Part shown: in pieces, positions 48,939 through 61,638 of the stretch
Numbering within the stretch: position 1 is the stretch's first letter
Layout: each line of letters opens with the position of its first letter
NCBI GenBank assembly: GCA_040954595.2
Contig: CM082595.2
Location: 395,690-459,689, forward strand
Direction of reading: 5' to 3'
Source of the DNA: Balanoglossus misakiensis
Lineage: Eukaryota > Animalia > Hemichordata
Length of the DNA stretch: 64,000 nucleotides
The notes under the pieces: model-generated
The model's input: the letters and a program-made list of their open reading frames with translations, nothing else
What the model was told of the DNA's origin: nothing
The model's database searches: none
Translations under genes and position numbers: made by a program

Positions 48939-51900
48939 ATGACTACTACCAATATACAACCAGATCTTATTTGTCTGTCTGTCTGTCTGTGTATGTCTGT
49001 CTAACTATATAGCTACATAAACAGACAGGTGTCTACCCTTCGTCAGTGTTCTCTCTATACAAGTCTTTTTTAAAAAACAAATACAACTTGATCATGACCC
49101 ACCTTGACATTTTCGAACATCACTTTTTGATAAAATGCATTACCTCTGCTAAATTATGATTGCCAATTCACAGAACCTTTTATGTAGATATAATAATGAC
49201 CTTCATAACATTCCAGTAACGGACACATCAGATAAATATATTTTTAAACGATGCCCTGTAGTCATGACATTTTCAGGATGCAACTCGCCCACATATCAAA
49301 AAATTTCACTCAGATAAAATTATTAGAACTGATGCACCATTAATAAACCAACGAGTATGGCTCCAGGCAAACTCCAAATTCTAAGTTTCAAGATTATCTC
49401 AGGAAAAAAACAGATAAAAATGTGGCTGTCCAATGGGTTCAAATGTCAAAACTGCCTAGCAACGACAATTTTTATTTGTGTTGTCATCTATAAACATATA
49501 CTGGTAACTGGGAGGATCTGTCAACTAAGATTTAAATAAAAAAAACGTATTCATGGACTAGTTTCCAGACAAAAATTCACATTAGAGTCAATCTCCACAG
49601 ACAATAGATTCAACAGCTATAACAATCATAATCTTTCTAGATCCACAGACATAAATGTTGGTAGACTTTATGAATTATTAATATCACAGAACTGCATATT
49701 CAGAAATGATTATGTGATCAGGCGGCTTTCTACAAAGGGAAAAAAGGACGTAAAATTTTACAAGGCTGTGCTGGTACAAGGACATTGCCCCCAGGTACTC
49801 CACCCAAACTCCGATAAAAATATCCATTCTTCTGCTCTGACCTCGAACACTGTCTGCCCTGCCCTTAAAAATATGTCAGTGTCAAGCCACCGGTACAGAC
49901 AGCAAGCCGAAAGATTGGACATTTACAACAACAAAACCAGGCAAAACAAACACAAAAAAGGCAAGAGATTGGCCATACAACAAATAAACTCCAAAATACA
50001 GAAAGGTTGTGCTCATTGATGCAACAGACCGATGTAACCAACATGTACGACTTTCCAAGACACCAAACAAAAGTCGGCCGGCGGTGAAAAGTCGACCACA
50101 GAAATGACATTTCTGCTGAGTGCGCAAACAGGAACATCGACAAAAGTAAATACCTGTCACCTAGCTGTCTATGCTAACACTTAGAGCAGCTGATACTAGA
50201 AATCGAAAACTAGATTGACTCCCATGAAACAGAATGAATGCAATAACCCTGTGATAAAAAAGTGAGTATACCTGACATGCTGCAGAAGCCTCCGGAGGCT
50301 ACCATCATAAGAGCTTTTTAAAAGATTACACTCTTTTTTTTTCTGATGACAGCAACACACTGTGACAGGAGGATTACCATCATGATGCGTCTGGCAGTCG
50401 GCTTGAAGCTGCAATAAGACCTGGTGTCCTTCATTCGAGGGGGAGTATACTCTATAGTCACACCCTGACATCGTTACCATACCAGCACAAAGTTTTGGAC
50501 GATAAACACATCAGCACAGCTGCCGACCGACACTCCTAGTTCGTCCCTGCACCAATAGCTTTTCTCTCTTTTTTTGTTATTGGACCCCTAGCCTTTTGTT
50601 ATCACCTGGCTCATTTAGTTTTTTTTTATCGGTGAATGCGTGGCCCAGTGGTTAAAAGTGCTAAGGACAGAGGTGGGTGTAAAGGGCGGACACCACTTTG
50701 CTAGGGGAACTAAACATTCCTGCCTGAAGCAAAGTACTTTTTTCAGCATTTGTAAACTGGGAGTTGACACTCTCTGTTGTCTCCCAAACCTCAAAGCAGT
50801 TTATTCTCTCGACCAGAACGCTTGAATTGGGGTGACGTGCTCCTGGAGTCTTCCCCCTTGCTGTTTGCAGACAAAGCCCGGCAACCTCACTCAGTGTGAA
50901 CTGATGTCGCCCGAAAGCAACGGCATCATTCATTTACACCCGGCCGCAGGTAGAAATGACAGCTTTATCTGGCCTGTCCTCCAGTCACAAAATGCTCATA
51001 TATGGTGACCGAACACACAGGCATGGTCTCAATGTCCACTGCTCTATTCAAGCCACATGTTTTTGTCTGAATCATGACATTAAAAAACAGAATTGTAAGA
51101 CACTTAAACAATTACCTCATGCTTCTAAATATTAAACCTGTTTCCATGACAACATACATAAACACACAGACAAGTCTCTGTCGGGATATACAAAATATAA
51201 TACGACTAAGCTTCTTTTTGGATATATAGTATGCACTGCCTTTTTGAATGAAAGGAACTGCGTAAACATCTGCGTTTCCCGCGTGTGTACAATCTCTGCC
51301 ATACAAACTGAAAGAGTACATACTTTAGAATAAAAGACATTCTTCCGGCTTAGCTAAGGTCACTTGATTTGACTGGTTCTATTCGTGTATGTTTTTTCAG
51401 TGGTAACAAACATGTGCCCTGGTTCGCAATCTGCCAGTCCCTGTACAGACCGAGTAAGCGGCAAAAATGAAACAAACCTACGGTATTAAGTAAAAAACAG
51501 AAAATATTCAAATTATTTCTCTTTACTTGCAATTTACCAGGCTATCATTGCCTACAAACAGTCAATCATATTGAGGAAAAAAACAGAATTTCTCCAGTTA
51601 ATAAAGTTTAACTAATCTCTTGAGAAGTATATTTAGTTTCATGAATTTGAATTAGTCTTTATTTATATATTCATTTACTACACAAGCATTATAAGCTCAT
51701 ATTGCATTTGTGAAAAGTGAGTTAAAATGTGACAGCTGGCAGCCTTGTTTGTTCTGCAATTTTCACCTTAAGTAGCACAACATAATATAGGCTTTGTGCT
51801 TGCATCATGAGACCAACGCCTAATTTTTGTTGGTGTACGCCACCTTGCCATCAAAGGCAGGGAGTGTTTTGATTGACAGGGCAAGGTCATTGGTGTTTTT

Positions 51901-53825
51901 CAGAGTTTTGTTCTATGTGGATAGAACACTGTCTGGTTAAAGTGCATGTTTTTGTTTTTGTTGTGTAGGTTGCCGTGGAGATGCTGGAGATGGGTGGGGT
52001 TGTTTGGTCGCCACAAGTGATGTATGGGGAGGGGAATGCAGGGGAGGGGAGAAAAATGTGCTGGGTGACAGAGATAGAGACATTGTACCATACAAGCATA
52101 CAGTGATATACATGAAACCAATGCAAACAAAATTGAAAATACAGTGATCAAATCTTCATCAAAACCAGAGTGATGCACCTAACAATCCATGGACTTACCG
52201 GTAAATTCAAACATGCTTAAGAACAAAGGACACACTGTACAAAAAGATGGTTAAAGATAAATATTTAATAACTCATACTTGTGAAAATGAATATTGTCAT
52301 ACTTGACGTGCACCGGAACAGTTTTGCCTGATTTGCATACCATGAAAGGTAGTCTGTGTGACACTACAAGGCCAGCTGGTGGTGTGGCCACAATCACTAA
52401 AATGACTTCATCACAGACAGCCAGACAGACTGATATACAAACAGAAATGAGGTTATCAATTGTTCGGTGGCTAAGAAACAAAAAACCTGGGTGAGACAAT
52501 TGCAGACATAAACAAAGGAGTAGTTCTTTGCAAAGACCACTGCAGTAGTAAAGTTTTATCACTTCCCAGTATTATAAGTCTGTCGGTCTGCGTTTCAACC
52601 AGTGCTGGGAAAGGTCGTTGTTCTGTGTGTCCATGGCCTGAAACATATAAAACCATCCCAGCTATTTAACTGCAAGGGGAGGGACACCAGACTTGAGGGC
52701 CATCAAATCTCAATACAAACAATAACACAATGAAAGGCAGTTTTATTCATAAGAACCAAACTGTAATCCAGTTTACTCTCAAAAGGAATTCTACCTTGGA
52801 CGAAATTCAACATAAATGGCATCTGGTACAGATATCTAATTGGATCCTTAATGCGTCATGTGACAAGGGGAAGTTTCATGCTTGGCAGAATCACTATTCT
52901 AATTGGTGGTGTTATGTGACAAATTGAGGTGACACAGGCACAGAAATACTGCATTCTGATTGGATGTACATGTACTTACATACATCCAATGCAATGGAGG
53001 GGGCCGGGGCTTATATCACAGTTCTAACTGGCTCATTTATGTCACATGACATGTCAAAATGATAATGTTCATTGCTGTCCCAGGTGGTGATGTTACAATA
53101 TGCAAAGATGCCGAGAAAACACTGAGATTCAAAACCAAACCATGCATCAAAGCCACAGGCTAGACTTGTATACTTGGCTAACAACCTGTTGCCAAAGTAA
53201 ATAACCAAATCTCACTAGATCTCATAATTGCGAAGACAAATCATCTATTCCAGTTGATGATAAATAATGGCTGAAAAATTACACAGCATTTATAGTCAAA
53301 GCCTAAGGGACACTTTGACCTTATACAAGCTTCTCCCCATTATCGTCAGGTGTATCGTATATCTGTACAACTTTTTTCACTGCCAGAGAACGAGGGAAAC
53401 TTCATAACTTTCTGTCACTGCCCCATGTGTGCGATTTTAAAACTTCTCAGTGATCGGTTTAGCGGTGGTGCAAGGTGACCCATGGATGATTTCAACGACC
53501 CCGTCATTTGTGAGAAAAACAGCAATCTGACACCTTAATCACAGTGGCGGCAGATATCCACTGGAACTGTCGCCCTGGCAACAACTAACAAAGGAACATC
53601 CGGAGGGCAGTCAAATTGCACTTCCTAATGACTGCATGAGATGAATTTATTTCAAACCGACACGTGATGTAAAGCGAATGTCTGTTTCTGAGCCTCGGGG
53701 CACTGGAGGATCCTTTAAAGTTCTCTCCAGAAAAAAAGTGACCAAAACATGCGTGTGTAACATTTATAGAAATTGATTGTTGAAAGTTACAATCACAAAG
53801 CAAGAGTACACACAGCGAGGGGGCT

Positions 53826-53918
53826 TTAACCCTGTTCACCCTCAGTTCCCTTGACAGAGGTCCAACTTTACTGTAGAAAACACTGGATTTGGACCAAACC
53901 ATGGTGGTGAAAGGGTAA
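53826..53918 (+). mobile_element. ~92-bp piggyBac-type MITE (TTAA-CCC...GGG-TAA)
   Basis: Homologous inverted copy at 60158-60250 and partial copy at 5194-5253. Confidence 0.6.
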
Positions 53919-56900
53919 TAAGAAACTCGCTGCAAGCAAGGGCAGAGTACAATTACGTCGCGTGTATGATTCATCAAAGAAACCATTTGATGACAAACTG
54001 CATCCAACAATAAATGTGACTTAGACGTTTGCCTGTTTAGGAAAACAGATGAATAGAGACAAAAAAATTACCGACAACATGTTTGCCAGGTGCTGCCAAT
54101 CTGCCACAAATCAGGATTACATTCAGGATTCTCAAATCCCTAACAAGACTGTTTCAGGTTTCAATTCAGTGGGATGAATCAGCTAGATTCTATGCGTTTT
54201 GATAAGATTTATTTCTTTTTTGGCATCAAAAGGCAGCTAATTTTTTGCCACCATCAATGATCATGCAGTCTGCCTAATTATTTTCAAATTGCACCATCAA
54301 CACCTTAGAATGGTTCATCACTGATTTTATCCCGCACAGCGAAAAGTTATTATTAAAAAATACACATTCACTCTACAACAAGACCTGTCAAACAAGACTA
54401 CGGTGAATTTGTGCTTTAATAATAGGCAGTGACAACAAATTTTGGCTCACACAGCAAGAGAAATTGGAATTACTTGGTCAAAAAAGTACGGTGGCTCACA
54501 AATTTGCTGTCACCTTTATGATGTTATTCCTCAAGTTGAGAGTACCTCATAAAATGTAGAAAAAGCAGATGAAATTTTTCGTGTTTTTCCACATGAAGTG
54601 CCGATCAATATTGGCATGAAATGAGCAATTATGAAACACACAAAAACACAGGAAACTTGATATTAAGACAACAGTGGAGTTTCATCTGATGAAAAGAATA
54701 CTACAGCATAGTCATCTTAGTTCTGGAGGGTATATTCCTCTTCATTTATTTTGATAGATTAGATTACTTTCATGTGCACTAAAAAGTCTCATTCACTGAC
54801 TAACTTTATCTTCATTAGTCAAGATCCCTCTGTAATGATTAAATGAAGAATACTTTTCCATCCTCTTTTTTTTCAACTGCACTGATTTCTCACCATAGAA
54901 ATCGTAAAAAATTTCAATGACATTGGGCACATTGCATCAGGCAAAAGCTGTTAACATTTCCAGCTACAGTCGCCCAAAATGACATGTGTATAAATGACAA
55001 ATACAGAGTGCTTTGGTCTAAAACATGGTGAACTGAAATACGTACATGTGGGCAGTGAAGGCCATTACTTTCATTCACACATGTACCCTCCTAACCAACT
55101 GCAGCATCATTCATTTCTCGGACAAGCCAGCCACCAGATCGGAACCACCCAACAAGAACAAAACACAGATCGCACACATTTTTCTTGTCTAAATTTTACA
55201 CAGTAATGATTTGCCGGACAAGCAATGACGTCAATGAGTCCCATTCAAAACTGAATTAAGATAATCTCGGGATCTCTTCAAGTGATGTTCAGATGGCTGT
55301 ACTGGGTCATCTCTTCTCTAATTGTCTTTTTGCTTCCTACTTTTTTTTCTTCTTATGATCACTTATCAACTCACACGTGAGTGAATCAGAATTTCTCAGC
55401 CGGTCGATCTGCATCACAAGTGGCTAGTCTGCAGCAATAACCATTAAAAGGTCATCTAGCATCTATTGTACAGCTCAATATTATCATGCGGTTTCAACCA
55501 TCTTTTCCTACAGTAACAATTATGAATTTCATATAGCATACAAAAGTATATTAGCAACAAGACAATTTTTCTTTCATTGGCTTGGCATTAAAATTTTAAC
55601 CTCTATCCCTTGTGTGCATTTTAATACTATCGATCCATAAATGTGATAAGCTCTTAACCATACATATATGGACAGACAGTGGATACAAGACTTCATCTCA
55701 ATCACTGTCTGTGTATACTATTTTCTTCTTTCATCCAAATCCACAGAAAACACGAATTCAAATCTCAAGTTTTTATCTATCCTTCAGGATCTATTTGCGG
55801 GCTTCAACTCGACATGTATATCTTAGCACTGTGAGAACAGAGATCAATGGGACACGCGGGTATTTTTAACAAGCAAGCTGAGGATGACAGACTGCACATG
55901 ACAGCTCCCGTATTTTCCCATTATTTCCTCATCTTCCCTGGAAGTGCCACCAGCGGAATGGCCGGCAGCATTCCGGCAGATTAGATCCAACCCAATCACT
56001 TCGTCTTTGTGTGAAATCCGTCTGTTTACCCAATTACATGGAGCAGAGACTTCAGGGCCTTTGATGAAAACCTACAATGCCTCTCTCCCTTTCAGCAAAA
56101 ACCTCATCTATCTGCGCAACTCTTTTCAAGCTTATTCCGTAACTTGACCTTCCGACCTGATGAGGGACCTGGAACCTAATACAAATCGTCAAAGATAATC
56201 CAATCCATATCCCTGGGCTATTACAAACCTGAAAAGCCATCTTCTCAAAATATTGTACTGCTTTTGGCTTTTACAACACGATATCTTACAACTGCTGAAA
56301 AAAATCTAACTGCTGATAATAAAATGATTCTCTGCTTTTCAGAAAACTTGAAGTGCAGGAACGATGGATTTTTTCCCTTCCGGTAAAAACTGCGAGAAAA
56401 ACGTGAAGTCAACAAAGAGCAAACTGCAGTAAGAAGTTCCTGAAGATGAAGACAATGCATTCTGACTACGACAGTCTTCGAAAGACAAATGGCGCTGCAC
56501 CTTTCAAACGTTTCATAACTCCAACTGCAGCTTCCTGATCAAAACAAGCTGGCAGTTACCATGACTGCAGAATATTGATGTCATGATGAGAAACAGCCAA
56601 TGGTAGAGCTGTCTGTAACTCTTGCATGCATGTACATCATGTATAACATGATCTAAACTTGGAAATATGGTATTAGACTCACAGCCTGGTATTGTCAGAA
56701 ATCGAAGTGGCCCTTATTCCTTAGAGCAACGAACTGTTCAATGAAACATGAGGTCACATTTTGAGGCAAGAGAAGTATACATTGACCCAAACTTAATTAT
56801 AAAGAACTCCCATGGATTAAAAGTTGATGAATAAATAATTTCATATTTATTGAAGACTGAAAGATTACGTCTGGGATTACTCTTGTGGAAGATATGGAAC

Positions 56901-57733
56901 TTTTATACAGCACATTCAAAATTCAATAATTGATGAAACTTGTGCATGACTGAGTCATACAAATGTCATTAGGGAGAACTTTCATTTGCTAACTACCACA
57001 AGCCTTTTAATGGAATGGGTGGTCAGAGTCAGAGAACAAGAAGAGAATATGTTTTCAGGGTTTCTGTTTTTTAATTAAAATAAAATTGTGGACATTTTGC
57101 GGTCAATTTTAAGAGAGAATAAATCTTAAGTTGTGTTGAGCAAAATAAAGTAAAATTCCTGAAAGAATAACCCATTTGACACTGATGTAAAATGGTATTT
57201 AACACTCAAAGGATAATTTCTTGTGGTTTCCTTCCTCAAATGAATTGTCTACGAAGAAGATGGTGATTTCTAAAATGAGCCTTTACTGTGAAGTGGTAAA
57301 ATAAAAGAGCTGGCTAAAGTGGCTTTGCGAAACAAACTCTTATTAATAATCAATTGTAAAATTGAAATGGAAATCAGTTAAAAGCTAGGGTTTATGCTCA
57401 CAATAGTTGAACTGAATTCATCGGAATATGAACAATTTATTAATATACAGACCACAGAGACATTGACAGGTTTTTATATGAGCAAGCAGTCTCATTTGCC
57501 TCATAAAAGTACAACCTTTTGTACAGCTTTGGAACTACCTTTGAGAGAAAAGCTACTTTTTTCTCTGAAGCAACAGGAGTAATTCTGCGTTTTACAGGTG
57601 TATACGTGTTTCATTATTGAGAACAAGGTTTGTTGATACGCTGCCATGGTTACGCCTTGTCTCCTATCCGCTGTTCAAGCAGAACTGTAAAGCCTTAATG
57701 GCTCTTGCATGTAGCAGGTCCCTTTGTTTACCA

Positions 57734-57747
57734 GTTTCCATAGCAAC
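57734..57747. promoter_or_regulatory. RFX X-box-like motif GTTTCCATAGCAAC
   Basis: Consensus match; second motif GCTGCCATGGTTAC at 57640-57653. Confidence 0.4.
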
Positions 57748-60157
57748 AATCCCTCGCACTTGCCAGAACTTATCACTGTCACACAAAACAGCTCCCCGTA
57801 TGGAGCGCACATTAATAAGACACTATTGTAATGCGATATTCTCAATGTCAATATCGTTGGGTCACGTTTTATGATTGAATCCCGGTGAGCTTTTGTTCTG
57901 CTTCATTTTCTTATCGCTCGCAATCCATTCGCACGATGTATTGAAATTCTCATTTGAGATCAATAATGGCACAGTGAATGCAAAAGCTTCATACATATTT
58001 GAAAAATGCATTTTTCCATCAACACTGAGATAATGGAAGAAAAGGCTACATTTGATAAATATACCTGACACATCCCTGCAACATCACTCCATTTTCTACA
58101 AAACCTTTCTTGTTCAAAGGTTTATGGTCACCTAAGTATGTAAATTTAGTCACAGTTACCATTATTGAAGTGCACATACAAGAAATACTATTTTATTTGT
58201 AACTACTGTTTTGGGGGGGATACATACACATGATACAAGACCCATCTCTCAAACTCTGCTCTATCTTAGATTCGCAATGGGTGTGAATATTCCGTCGAAG
58301 TCTGTAAGGCAATCCAATAGAAGCTGATTATATAAACAGCTCTCAGAAACGATGATAGTTCATGGATAGGGGATAACTGATGATGTGAAAATGCAATTTT
58401 GGTCGATGCCCCCACAAGATTTACCGTTCCTATTCAACCTGTAATGAACAAATAATGAAAACCTTTGTCCGTTTCGATATGTCCTATGGGCTGCCCCCAC
58501 ATGGCCACCACTGAAGTTAATGAGATTGTCAGGCTGTTGTAGCAGCGATTCAGAATTCTACACTCGTACTAATCCGTAGGGAACAGTAGCTAATACCTTG
58601 CACACAGATGTAGAAATCCCTACCCTCGGATCCAATCCAATTTTATCTGAACTGTCCACAGTTAACAAGTATTCATGTTACATCAAATCTGTTTGTCACC
58701 ATTTTGATTACTTTTCAATCATCAGTTTAGGTTTGTCAAAATCATGGACTGCTTTCTGTATCTGTCATCTATTATCCATTTCCTACATAAAACCCCAAAA
58801 ATCCAGCTTTATGCCCCACTTGCATTTTAATCCACAACATGCAGACTTATCCACGACACGCAAGCTTTATTTATCTCCCAGGCATGCACAGATACACTAA
58901 CTACCAGTACACTCGCAGCGCCAAATGATCGCATCATTTGCAGTCAAAATGACGTGTCTCTTCAACGCTATACCTACATGTGTACAATGCACGCCTATGA
59001 GCAATTATTGGCAACAGGAAAATCAGAACATTTCAAATAATTGCTCGAGTCCAACCCATTCCCATCAACCCATGTTTTACGCCATTACCATCTCCATGTA
59101 AAAGACACAAGGAAAGCATACAACGTTTGAATAATTCACCAGTTTCGCTTGCCAAATATAAAATCACAATGACACGCAAATACTTCCATACCACGCTATG
59201 TCATTAGCTTTCAACAAATTTCCTTGATTTTTGCACTATTTCTGTATTGCGTGTTGACGTCACTCTGACAATTCAAAACATCCCCAATTTGATAATTCTG
59301 TTTATCATCATTTTGAGCATCATGTGACCACAATCATCTCGAAAGATGTGAATCTGGGTAGGAAGTGGAACCTGAAACACGTCCTCTAACGAGTAATGGG
59401 ATACGAATTTGTACCTTTCTATAAAAGAACCACATCTTCATGGGAAAAATGTCAGCAGATAAAGGGTTTATTTTCAATACCATGTGGTGTTTCTTGCTTC
59501 AAGAATAAGAATGCAAACACAAAATAGATAAAAATGGTTATTTTTAATATTTTAGTATACTAATATCGTTTACATTGCAGGATGATGAATAGGTTTCACT
59601 TTTAGTGATAACATTTCAAAGAAAATTTGCTTTCCTCTCTCTACATTTAAATGAGATTTTTATCGTCTTGAAGGGACAAAGTCTAATATCATTCCAAAAT
59701 CGATGCTCCATTTTGAAATATTTATGTGAAATTATATAGGTAGGAAATCTCGTATCACCATGCCATTATAAAAATAAACTTTACATTTCATTGATCATAT
59801 GAACCTCTAGTATTTGCTCAGTGATCGTGCACACATCTCAGGTTTTTAACAGTATTGTATTTGCATAATCTGTACATACAGCTGATAACATTTCCATAGA
59901 TCCAGACTTTACATTGTATATTGTTTTCACTCCAAATGGATATATTACAATTTGGTCAGTATTTCCCCCAAAAGGATCAGTCACAAACATACAATTGTAT
60001 ATATTTACAATTCAAAGCCATGGATTCAGGGTCTCGCCGCATTAGCTCTATTTCTCAGAGTATAAGGTTTAACCCCTCCAGGTTTAACCTTACAAACATC
60101 TCATTTTGGTTCAAACCCTGAGGTTTTGAAATGTTGTGGGTATCAAATGCTATGGGT

Positions 60158-60250
60158 TTAACCCTTTTGCTACCATGGTTTGGTCCAATTCCAATGATCT
60201 CAATGGCAATGCTGGACCTCTACATTAGAGAAATTGGGGGTTAAAGGGTT
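60158..60250 (-). mobile_element. ~92-bp piggyBac-type MITE, second copy
   Basis: TTAACCCTTTTGCTACCATGGTTTGGTCCAATTCCA...TGGACCTCT...AAAGGGTT aligns to the reverse complement of 53826-53918. Confidence 0.6.
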
Positions 60251-60850
60251 GTTATAAACAAAAACATTTCATTTGGTGAGATAGTACATGTACAACTAAG
60301 TTTTACTGATGTCACAACACTGCCGAATCTGAAGTCTGAGAGCCTCACTACCACTCGATGAAATCCTGGTGAACAGAAAGCGCAAAGTTTCATCCTTTAG
60401 ACTCACACAGAGTAGAAACAACCAGAAGGCTAATCCTTCTCTTGATCACATTATATCACTCCTTTCAAATCCCAGCTTTACTAAGGGTGACTTGATATTC
60501 ATTTCCTTTCTTAGCATGATCATATACCCGTACAATCCCTTCCAGATCTTCAGGTAATTAAAACTCTACACTGTCAACAACCTGATCAGGTAAGATTGTA
60601 TGAGCCAGACATTCATCGCCAGTAATTTCTATCCATCAAGCTGTTGCACTTTTATTCACCAACAGATTTTTGTTGTGGGCTGAATTTACACAAGAATTCC
60701 TGGTGAGTACAATTACGTGGTACTGTGTCTATCCCGCAAATATCTTCACAATTATGACAGCTTGAGGTACCATGGTAATTATCAGAAAAGAGGAAGATGA
60801 GCCGATTAAAATAGCTTGAATTACATTTTATTATAGTGATACTACGAGTG

Positions 60851-60864
60851 GTAACCATGGCAAC
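60851..60864. promoter_or_regulatory. RFX X-box-like motif GTAACCATGGCAAC
   Basis: Consensus match. Confidence 0.4.
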
Positions 60865-61531
60865 AAACCTAGTATAATTCTGTTGTGTGGTTCCGGTTTT
60901 AAAGAAAATACTTGTATGATAACACAACCCTGGAAGAAGGATTTTAGTAATTAAAATTTTAAAATGTTACATTTTTGACAAATTTGGAGAGAATAAATTC
61001 AGAGTAATTCTTACACTAAGTTTGGTTTATGGCTTGGATTTTCACAAACACATTCACACATCAAATCTACAGGATATCTAAGATTTTTGAATGATTCAAT
61101 GTCTTTTTTATTCCATAAATTTAACTCTCAAGATTAGCATTTAGAAACAGCATGAGTGCAGATGAACCACACCTCCTGAACTTTGTACTCTGAGTTTTTG
61201 AACTCTTGTGAAAAGTTTTTGTACAAAGTACATTTGGGTAGAAGTATTATGGGATATACACAATCCTGTTTCACGATAGGCCACTTTCATGACCCCTGGG
61301 CCATCCTGGTCTTGTTTGCTGATGAATGGGAAAAGGTCTGTCCATTTTCTTTGCAAAAAAGCTTGTGTGATATCAGCAATACATGTTATTTACACATTCC
61401 GGTATCAGATTGATGTTTTACCAGTTTGTAAATGCAAGTCCCTGATTGGTTGGTTCCTGCTATTTGGCTGTGAACAGGTGCAAATGTACACAACTGCTCT
61501 ACAGGCATTCAATTGTTCATTCATTCAAATT

Positions 61532-61638
61532 AGCATAGTTCATTTGTATTCAGTTGTTTCTGAATGGCCAGTCTTGTTTGTTTGTTTATTCAAATCAGCA
61601 TAGTCCACTTGTATTCAGTTGTTTCTGAATGGTCAGTC
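61532..61638 (+). repeat. ~42-bp direct duplication
   Basis: AGCATAGT(T/C)CA(T/C)TTGTATTCAGTTGTTTCTGAATGG(C/T)CAGTC at about 61532 and 61598. Confidence 0.8.

Noticed and set aside
50638-50670. TGGCCCAGTGGTTAAAAGTGCT resembling a tRNA 5' half
   Set aside because: A-box only; no anticodon arm, T arm or B-box. At most a SINE relic.
52194-52228. Minus-strand ATG TTT GAA TTT ACC G|GTAAGT as a start exon
   Set aside because: Phase 1, incompatible with the phase-0 acceptor at 31092 unless unseen exons intervene.
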